From: a virus
Reading direction: 5' to 3' (one strand)
DNA length: 64,000 nt
Virus record (IMG/VR): IMGVR_UViG_3300047160_010630
Location: 44,001 to 108,000 of that record
Shown here one piece after another: positions 1-6,460 of this stretch (its first letter is position 1; each line of letters starts with the position of its first letter). Made by a program: the position numbers and the translations under genes. Below the pieces are notes generated by a model. The model made no database searches. It saw only the letters and a program-made list of their open reading frames with translations, and was not told where the DNA came from.

Positions 1-210
1 ACCGGCCGTTTCTGTGCCGAGTGCGGCACCTCTCTCAAGGAGCCGGTGAGCGCGACCGGCACGGACAATGCTCCGGCCGACGACGCCGCTCCCGACCTTG
101 AGTCGATGAGCATCAACGAGCTTCGAGAACTTGCCAAGAGTATGGGTGTGAAGACCGCCCGCTCCAAGGACGATCAGATCACCGCTATCCGGGATTCTCT
201 CGGCAAGTAG
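1..210 (+). CDS. Partial (3' end) protein with a zinc ribbon and a Rho-N/HeH-like C-terminal helix pair; head-region accessory protein
   Basis: Frame 1 reads TGRFCAECGTSL...DLESMSINELRELAKSMGVKTARSKDDQITAIRDSLGK*, with TAG at 208-210. Confidence 0.7.
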   Translation, partial: TGRFCAECGTSLKEPVSATGTDNAPADDAAPDLESMSINELRELAKSMGVKTARSKDDQITAIRDSLGK

Positions 211-235
211 CCGAGGTCCCTGACGGGAGGTCGGC

Positions 236-388
236 ATGGCACGAGGACGACACACTTGCACGTTGTGTTGTCGACGAAGTCGTCCTCCCGTCAATCATTG
301 CGCAGACTGCGGGCAACCGTTCTGCGACCGGCACGGAACCTGGTCGGAAGACCGGTGGGTCTGTTTGAGATGTACACGTCGAAAGTGA
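236..388 (+). CDS. Small Cys/His-rich zinc-finger protein (50 aa; not in the ORF track)
   Basis: GGGAGG RBS; MARGRHTCTLCCRRSRPPVNHCADCGQPFCDRHG...WVCLRCTRRK*. Confidence 0.65.
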   Translation: MARGRHTCTLCCRRSRPPVNHCADCGQPFCDRHGTWSEDRWVCLRCTRRK

Positions 389-401
389 TGCACATAAAAA
401 C

Positions 402-421
402 TGTGCTATCATAACCTTATG
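402..421 (+). promoter_or_regulatory. Extended -10 promoter giving a leaderless LAGLIDADG mRNA
   Basis: TGTGC-TATCAT-aacctt-ATG; no RBS. Confidence 0.5.
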
Positions 422-1192
422 GTTGATCGTGCGTGCTCTTTTCCTGAGTGCAGCAGGCCGCACAAGGGTCGGGGTTACTGTCAGAGCCATCTGAAGATGG
501 TGCGCAACGGGGTCCCTCTGCGGCCTATAAGGGATCAAGTCGTCAGAAATAGCTATACCTACGATCACGAATTCTTCTCTTCTGTAAACACAGAAGAGAA
601 GGCTTACTGGCTGGGGTTCATTACCGCTGACGGATGTATTTCGGATACCGGTGATAGCAGGTTTCTCAGCATTAGGCTTCAAGACAGGGACCATGACCAT
701 CTCGTCAAATTTTGTCGGTCTCTGAAATCTAACCGCCCGGTCCTTCGGTCTCCGGGCGTGTCCTATATGTCTGTGAGCTCTCGCCAAATAATTGATGATC
801 TCATCTCCCTGGGGGTCACTCCGAGAAAGAGCCTTACGGCCGCTCCGTGGTCATCTGCTTCTCCGGAGTTGGCACGGCACTATATCCGGGGATTGTTCGA
901 CGGGGACGGGTTCCTTCACAGGGAGAAGCGGGGCGGCTGGGCAGCAGGATTCGGATCGGGCAGACGGCTATTGGTAGAATTCTTCGCCGCGTACGGGATT
1001 ATCGCAACTGGGTCTACTGCAAAAATTCGAACAGCTTTCACCTCGGCGGGCAACGAATTCTTCGACTGGCGCGTGAACGGTGTCAAGGTAACCGGCAATC
1101 TGATCTCCTGGTTGTATAAGGACACGTCGATGTATTTGGATCGAAAAAAGTCCTTGGCAGACGAACTTATTGGTTCCCAGGAGCCCGATTAG
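419..1192 (+). CDS. Free-standing double-motif LAGLIDADG homing endonuclease with an N-terminal Zn-binding module
   Basis: EKAYWLGFITADG and HYIRGLFDGDG motifs; lower GC than the flanks; N-terminal CSFPEC...GYCQSH. Confidence 0.9.
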   Translation: MVDRACSFPECSRPHKGRGYCQSHLKMVRNGVPLRPIRDQVVRNSYTYDHEFFSSVNTEEKAYWLGFITADGCISDTGDSRFLSIRLQDRDHDHLVKFCRSLKSNRPVLRSPGVSYMSVSSRQIIDDLISLGVTPRKSLTAAPWSSASPELARHYIRGLFDGDGFLHREKRGGWAAGFGSGRRLLVEFFAAYGIIATGSTAKIRTAFTSAGNEFFDWRVNGVKVTGNLISWLYKDTSMYLDRKKSLADELIGSQEPD

Positions 1193-1219
1193 TACCACCT
1201 TTAGGGGGTGATTCATACA

Positions 1220-2173
1220 ATGCCCTTCGGTAGCGCGTACATTTCGCCGTCCATGCTCACAACCGCCCCTACCGGGTTCCCGTGGTCCATAATTCCTTTC
1301 CCAAAAGCGACCAGCGCCCAGCAGCTGGCGGAGCAGACCAACATTTGTTGGAGAGCCACCTCTACTATCGACGGCTATTGTTTATAGGGCAACCAGGTCC
1401 TGCGCTCCACCATCAACAACGAGAACATTTCCGGCCCGGGGAACTACCGCGTCAATATCCAGAACGGCACGGGCAACGTCCGCATGATCCTGCGCCGCTG
1501 GCCGGTGATGCAGATCGTCGCCGTCCAGGTGGCCAACAACGCGGTGTTCCCCCGGCAGTGGCGCAATGTGCCGACCGGGCTGTTCGACGTCGAGCACCCG
1601 GTCCTCGGTGTGTACACGAACACCGCGCCGACGTCCAGTGCCGACGGCGGCCAGTCGATTCTGATCGCTCCCGGCTACGCGGACTGGAGCAATGGGCGTG
1701 ACGGCTTCCGGTTCCTGGTCTCCTACCTGAACGGCTGGCCGCACACCGGCCTGGTGACGGCTTCCACGGCCGGGACGACGACGCTGTCCGTGGACGACGT
1801 CACCGGCTGGGCCGGGGCCTTCGGGACCATCTACGACGGCGCGCAGACGGAGACGTTCGAGGCCGTCAGCGTGACGGCGACGGCGCCGCTGAGCCTGCCG
1901 AACAACGTGGGGACGGTGCAGACGGGCCCGGGGACCGTCACCTTGAGTTCCCCGCTCCTGTACGCGCACCCGGTCGGCACGATCGTCACCTCCCTGCCGG
2001 GCAGCGTCATCTGGGCGACCATTCTGGCCGCCACTGCCCAGGCGCTGGAATCGGGTGCCACCAGTGTCAGTATCCAGAACATTCCTGGGTCGCTGACCAC
2101 GGGTGGGCACGGTATCGCGGATATCAAGACGGAGTACGAACTGCTGCTCGATCCGTATCGCCGCGTGATATGA
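1220..2173 (+). CDS. Probable head-to-tail adaptor / head completion protein, interrupted by in-frame TTA-TAG at 1382-1387
   Basis: RBS GGGGGTGA and ATG 1220 are in frame with ORF 1484-2173; reads ...WRATSTIDGYC-L-*-G-NQVLRST...; C-terminus LLDPYRRVI is typical of adaptors; sits before the neck genes. Confidence 0.75.
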
Positions 2174-2181
2174 TATGTTAC

Positions 2182-2220
2182 TTGCGTACAGCTCAGGATT
2201 CGTGTACTGTAAGAAACATG
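2182..2220 (+). promoter_or_regulatory. SigA/HrdB-like promoter giving a leaderless HNH mRNA
   Basis: TTGCGT-N17-TACTGT-N7-ATG. Confidence 0.6.
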
Positions 2221-2982
2221 AGTGAACGATTCTGCTCTGTCGCAGACTGCCCCAACCCGAAGCTCAACAACACTCCTGTGGGCCCTCTGTGCTCCAAGCA
2301 CTACCAGCGATACCGGCGCCGGGGGTCCGTAGATTCGGTCGCCAAGCCGCACGCCTACACAAAGAAGATCACGGGAGCCCCCTGCACCGTGGGAGAGTGC
2401 ACGAATCCCGTCGTTGTTCGGGGAATGTGTGGCGCCCACTATCAGCGCAACGTCAAGCATGGTAATCCCAGTACGCTTCTGCTGGACCGTAGCCGCACCC
2501 CCGAAGAACGGTTCTGGTCGTTCGTCGACAAGAATGGCCCTGAAGCGTTCCACTCGCAGACCGGAAAGCCCATCGGAAAGTGTTGGAACTGGTCCGGAGG
2601 GGTCTCCGATGGATATGGGATGTTGTGGCTCAACAAGAAAAACATCCACGCGCACAGATTCTCTTACCGGTTGTATCGGGGAGCTACTCCTGACGGCCTG
2701 GAGCTGGACCACCTGTGCAGGAACCGGTCCTGTTCGAACCCGGCGCACCTTGAGCCAGTCACCCACAAGGAGAATGTGCGTCGGGGGGAATCCCCAAGCG
2801 CCGTGGCGCGCCGTACTAAGCGGTGCAAGATCGGGCACGAGTACGAGCCTTCGTCAGGTCCTGGCCCCCGGGGCTGTCAGACGTGCAGGTACTGGCACAC
2901 TGAGGCGCACAACGCCAAGATCCGCAACCGCCCCTTCGAGCAGCTCGCGCTGTTCCCGGTCAGTTGGGTGAGAACCGAATAG
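2218..2982 (+). CDS. HNH homing endonuclease with two N-terminal Zn modules
   Basis: CWNWSG...AHRFSY...LELDHLCRNRSCSNPAHLEPVTHKENVRRG. Confidence 0.9.
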   Translation: MSERFCSVADCPNPKLNNTPVGPLCSKHYQRYRRRGSVDSVAKPHAYTKKITGAPCTVGECTNPVVVRGMCGAHYQRNVKHGNPSTLLLDRSRTPEERFWSFVDKNGPEAFHSQTGKPIGKCWNWSGGVSDGYGMLWLNKKNIHAHRFSYRLYRGATPDGLELDHLCRNRSCSNPAHLEPVTHKENVRRGESPSAVARRTKRCKIGHEYEPSSGPGPRGCQTCRYWHTEAHNAKIRNRPFEQLALFPVSWVRTE

Positions 2983-2990
2983 AAAAATTA

Positions 2991-3020
2991 GAAACCCGGT
3001 CCACTCAGGGCCGGGTTTCT
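2991..3020 (+). terminator. Hairpin / intrinsic terminator
   Basis: AGAAACCCGG-TCC...GGG-CCGGGTTTCT inverted repeat. Confidence 0.6.
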
Positions 3021-3043
3021 TCATGCACCGAGGGGGTCCACCC

Positions 3044-3211
3044 GTGGCCACGTACAAACCTCCCCGCCACCTCAGGGGCGGTATACACGCCCGTACGCTC
3101 ACGGCGCGCCAGCAGCACCGCCGCTCCGGGGCGAAGAAGACCCTCACCCGGCGGATCAACGCGAAGCTGTTCCGGGGACGCACGGTCAACGCGCCCCGGC
3201 ACCGGTGGTAA
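3044..3211 (+). CDS. Small, very basic protein
   Basis: GAGGGG RBS and GTG start; Arg/Lys-rich 55 aa. Confidence 0.55.
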   Translation: MATYKPPRHLRGGIHARTLTARQQHRRSGAKKTLTRRINAKLFRGRTVNAPRHRW

Positions 3212-3221
3212 CAGAGAGTAG

Positions 3222-3722
3222 GTGAGCCTGTTGCCGCTGAATTCTGTGCAGCAGTACGTAGCCAATCAGATCAACGGGATCCAGGTCCCGACCATTCCGC
3301 AGCCGATCGAGGCGTTCATCACGCCACCTGCCATGGAGGCCCCCAACGGCCCCAAGGCGTACATCTGGGGCGCCCGCAACCGGGGCCGACGGCAGACGAT
3401 GCCGCGCGGTATCGCCCCGGCCGCCGGATTCAAGCGGCTCGACTGGACCGTGGACATCTACCTGATCTACGAGACCCTGGCGGACGATCCGATGATCGAC
3501 CAGGACTTCCCGCTCATCATCGACGCCGTCCTCACCAAGCTGTGGACGACGACGATGCCGGTGTTCATCACCGACCCGGTCACGGAGCAGGTGTCCCAGA
3601 TCCAGTCGGTCGGCGAGGAGTGGAACCTGGAGTACCCGCCGGAGCGCACCCCCTCTACTTTGCGTACGGTCTGGTACTCGTCACGGATCGCCATGGACAT
3701 TCTGGAGATTGTGCAGGCATGA
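3222..3722 (+). CDS. Tail completion / tail terminator-like protein
   Basis: Position in the neck module, size and GC3-rich codons. Confidence 0.55.
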   Translation: MSLLPLNSVQQYVANQINGIQVPTIPQPIEAFITPPAMEAPNGPKAYIWGARNRGRRQTMPRGIAPAAGFKRLDWTVDIYLIYETLADDPMIDQDFPLIIDAVLTKLWTTTMPVFITDPVTEQVSQIQSVGEEWNLEYPPERTPSTLRTVWYSSRIAMDILEIVQA

Positions 3723-4165
3723 GCGCTTCACTGGAATTCGACGGCTCGGACCTCGGGGTCTTCAAGAGGATCAGCTTCGCCCGCGCGGTGTCCCGGTGGA
3801 TCGAAGAGGTGTCCCCGGAGATCGAGGAGTCCATCAAGAACGAGGCCCCGAAGCGGACCGGCGCACTCAAGGACTCCATCACCCACCGGAAGAGCTTCGG
3901 CTTCTCCGGCGTGGCGGTGGAGTACGGCAGCCGCCTCCCCTACGCCAGTTATGTGGAGGAGGGGACTCCGCCGCATATCATCCGTGCGCGGAACGTCAAG
4001 AATCTTCGGTTCCAGGGGCGCAGCGGGGACATCGTCTACGCGCCCTACGTGAATCACCCGGGAACCCGTCCCAATCCGTTCTCGCAGCGGGCCGTGGAGC
4101 GGATCCTGCCGGAGCTTCAGTCCCGCTTCGCAGAAGATGTCGAGAGCGAATTCCGAAAGGCGTGA
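3719..4165 (+). CDS. HK97 gp10-like neck/tail component
   Basis: APKRTGALKDSI...YASYVEEGTPPH...VNHPGTRPNPF motif; ATGA overlap with the upstream gene. Confidence 0.8.
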   Translation: MSASLEFDGSDLGVFKRISFARAVSRWIEEVSPEIEESIKNEAPKRTGALKDSITHRKSFGFSGVAVEYGSRLPYASYVEEGTPPHIIRARNVKNLRFQGRSGDIVYAPYVNHPGTRPNPFSQRAVERILPELQSRFAEDVESEFRKA

Positions 4166-4168
4166 TGT

Positions 4169-4435
4169 ATGCGGCTGCGGTACACGGGGTCCCACCCTGT
4201 CACCCTGATGATCCAGGGCATGGAAGTCGATTCCGGCGGCGAGGTGGACGTCCCGGACGAGCTGGCGGAAACATTCCTGCGGCGGGGGGACTTCGTCCCT
4301 GTCCCGGGAGCGGACCTGGCCCTCGCCGGAGAACGGATGCCGGAGGTCCGCCACCAGGACATGGCGCCGGTTGCGGACATGTCGCACATGATGCTCGGCG
4401 GCCAGGAGCCTGTCGCTGAAATCGAAGCTGTCTAA
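4169..4435 (+). CDS. Small hypothetical protein preceding the tail tube gene
   Basis: MRLRYTG...GEVDVPDELAETFL; fills the gap in the operon. Confidence 0.65.
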   Translation: MRLRYTGSHPVTLMIQGMEVDSGGEVDVPDELAETFLRRGDFVPVPGADLALAGERMPEVRHQDMAPVADMSHMMLGGQEPVAEIEAV

Positions 4436-4443
4436 GGAGCGGT

Positions 4444-5880
4444 ATGGCCTTCCCCACGATTACCGAGCGCTACGGGTCGCTTTCCGCTACCGGCCTGGCG
4501 AAGGAAGCGACTTTCGGTGTGCCGGTCGCGGCCACCACCTTCCTGCCGATGACCGGCAATACGATGGAGATGGACCCCGGGTGGTTCTCTCCGCACGTGA
4601 TGCAGGCGGCTCGCGACCTCCAGATCTACAACCTGTACGGCGAGTACAAGTTCCACGGCGCGCTTTCCGGGCCGCTGTTCCCGTCGAACGCCATCGCCCT
4701 GCTGGTGGCCTCCATCGGGCAGGACAACGCGGTCGGCACCGGTATCTTCGGCACGCCGGTCACGCCGACGTCGACCACGTCCAGCGTCTCCACCGTGGCC
4801 GGTGCCACGACGATCACGGTGACGTCGCCCACGGGTTTCGCCACCAACCAGGAAATCCTGATCGACACCGGCCAGCTCCTGGAGGTCCGCAAGATCTCCG
4901 GTGTCGCCGGGTCGGTCATCACCGTGGCCGATGCCCTGTTCTTCGCGCATCCGAGTGGTGCCACCGTCTCCACGGCGACCACGACCACGCTGAGCGCCCC
5001 GTCGATCGTCGGTGCGACGACGGTCACGGTCACGTCGGCCACCGGCATCGTGCAGAACTCGTTCGTCCAGATCGACGTCAACAGTGTCACCGGTACGACG
5101 ACGTCCGAGGTGCGCCGGGTCACCAACGTGGCGACCAACACACTGACGCTGGACACGGCGCTGGTCTACGCCCACGCGAGCGGCGCCCAGGTCGTCCTGG
5201 TGACCACTCCGTACACGCACACCATCACCCAGCAGAACAGCCTGCCGTCGCTGACGGTGGAGAAGAACCTCGGTTCCTTCCAGAGCCTTCAGTTCGCCGG
5301 GTGCAAGGTCAACAAGTTCGACGTGAAGGCACCGACCGGGAACAACCCGGTGGACATCACGGCGGACATGATGGGCCAGTCGGTGCTGTCGCTGACCACG
5401 CCGACGGCCGTGACGGTGACCAGCGAGTCTCCGTTCGTGTTCGCGGAGGCCGTGCTCACCGCTTTCGGCAACACCCGATTCGACGCGCGCAACATCACGA
5501 TGTCGATCGAGAACGGTCTGAAGGAGACCTACACCTATTCCGGGAACCACGGGCCGAGCTTCATCACGCCGGTCACCGTTCACGGTATGGGGTCGTTCGA
5601 CGTGGTGTGGTCCAGCCTGACGGATGCTACGTACGGTGACTTCACCAAGATGGTGAACGGAACGCTGGGCTCGCTGATCTTCTCGGTCATCCACCCGGCG
5701 AGCGCCGGGACGGTGACGTTCTTCCACCCGCAGATCGTTCTGAATAAGTTCGTGAACGACGTGAAGATGGAAGATGTAATTTTGTCTACGATGAACTACG
5801 AGGCTACGCGTCCCGTATCCGGCAACAACCAATTCACGGTCCAGGCCTACGTCTCGAACCAGACCTACCTGTCATATTAA
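4444..5880 (+). CDS. Major tail (tube) protein with two inserted beta-rich modules
   Basis: TGLAKEATFGVP...YTHTIT...LPSLTVEK...FAGCKVNKF tube motifs; upstream of the chaperone and tape measure genes. Confidence 0.8.
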   Translation: MAFPTITERYGSLSATGLAKEATFGVPVAATTFLPMTGNTMEMDPGWFSPHVMQAARDLQIYNLYGEYKFHGALSGPLFPSNAIALLVASIGQDNAVGTGIFGTPVTPTSTTSSVSTVAGATTITVTSPTGFATNQEILIDTGQLLEVRKISGVAGSVITVADALFFAHPSGATVSTATTTTLSAPSIVGATTVTVTSATGIVQNSFVQIDVNSVTGTTTSEVRRVTNVATNTLTLDTALVYAHASGAQVVLVTTPYTHTITQQNSLPSLTVEKNLGSFQSLQFAGCKVNKFDVKAPTGNNPVDITADMMGQSVLSLTTPTAVTVTSESPFVFAEAVLTAFGNTRFDARNITMSIENGLKETYTYSGNHGPSFITPVTVHGMGSFDVVWSSLTDATYGDFTKMVNGTLGSLIFSVIHPASAGTVTFFHPQIVLNKFVNDVKMEDVILSTMNYEATRPVSGNNQFTVQAYVSNQTYLSY

Positions 5881-5901
5881 TCACACCAGAAAGAGGCAGC
5901 G

Positions 5902-6315
5902 ATGGGATTCCTCTCGGCCTTCGGCGACGTTAAGCGCATCACCCTCGACAAGGAGCGCGGCTACTGGGTCGACCTCAAGGAGCACGTCAGCCAGGGCGAT
6001 CGGGAGACCGCCCAGCGGTCCCTGGAGTCGGTGGTGGTGGTCGACGGGAAGACCAACATCTCCCCGGACGTCACCACGTGGCGCGAGCAGATGGTCCTGG
6101 CCACCATCGCCGGGTGGAACCTGGACGACGACAACGGCATCTGGCCCATCACCCTGGACAGTGTCAAGCGGCTGCCGGGAACGGTCTTCGACATGCTGTG
6201 GGTGGAGGTCGAGAAGCTGGGCGAGATCCGTAAGGGTACCGCCCAGCAGGAATTTCGTGATGGAACTGTCGGCGGCGATCAGGATGGGGACGCCGGGTCC
6301 TCCGGTGCTCGGTAG
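5902..6315 (+). CDS. Tail assembly chaperone (G-like)
   Basis: Between the tube and tape measure genes; IAGWNLDDDNG..PITLDSVKRLP. Confidence 0.8.
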   Translation: MGFLSAFGDVKRITLDKERGYWVDLKEHVSQGDRETAQRSLESVVVVDGKTNISPDVTTWREQMVLATIAGWNLDDDNGIWPITLDSVKRLPGTVFDMLWVEVEKLGEIRKGTAQQEFRDGTVGGDQDGDAGSSGAR

Positions 6316-6460
6316 GTTCCTGCTGCGCCGGATGTTCTGGAAAGAGCTGGGGATGCGCGAGGCGGATGTTCTCGCGCTCCCGGCGCAGGAGATCGACGAC
6401 TACGTCCTCATCTTCCAGATGATCCAGCGTGAAGAGCAGAACCGAAACCGGAGGTCGTGA
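6254..6460 (+). CDS. Tail assembly chaperone extension (T-like), in the +1 frame relative to G
   Basis: LRRMFWKELGMREADVLALP..; overlaps G; candidate slip at TTT-CGT 6253-6258 (or own ATG at 6260). Confidence 0.6.
   Translation, partial: FVMELSAAIRMGTPGPPVLGRFLLRRMFWKELGMREADVLALPAQEIDDYVLIFQMIQREEQNRNRRS

Noticed and set aside
389-1219. Group I intron around the LAGLIDADG gene
   Set aside because: The flanking genes are complete and the spacers (about 30 nt each) are too short for a ribozyme core.
1385-1387. Genome-wide amber (TAG) recoding as the explanation of the in-frame stop
   Set aside because: Many genes end normally in TAG (for example 1192, 9327, 10734) and no CTA-anticodon tRNA is present in the window.
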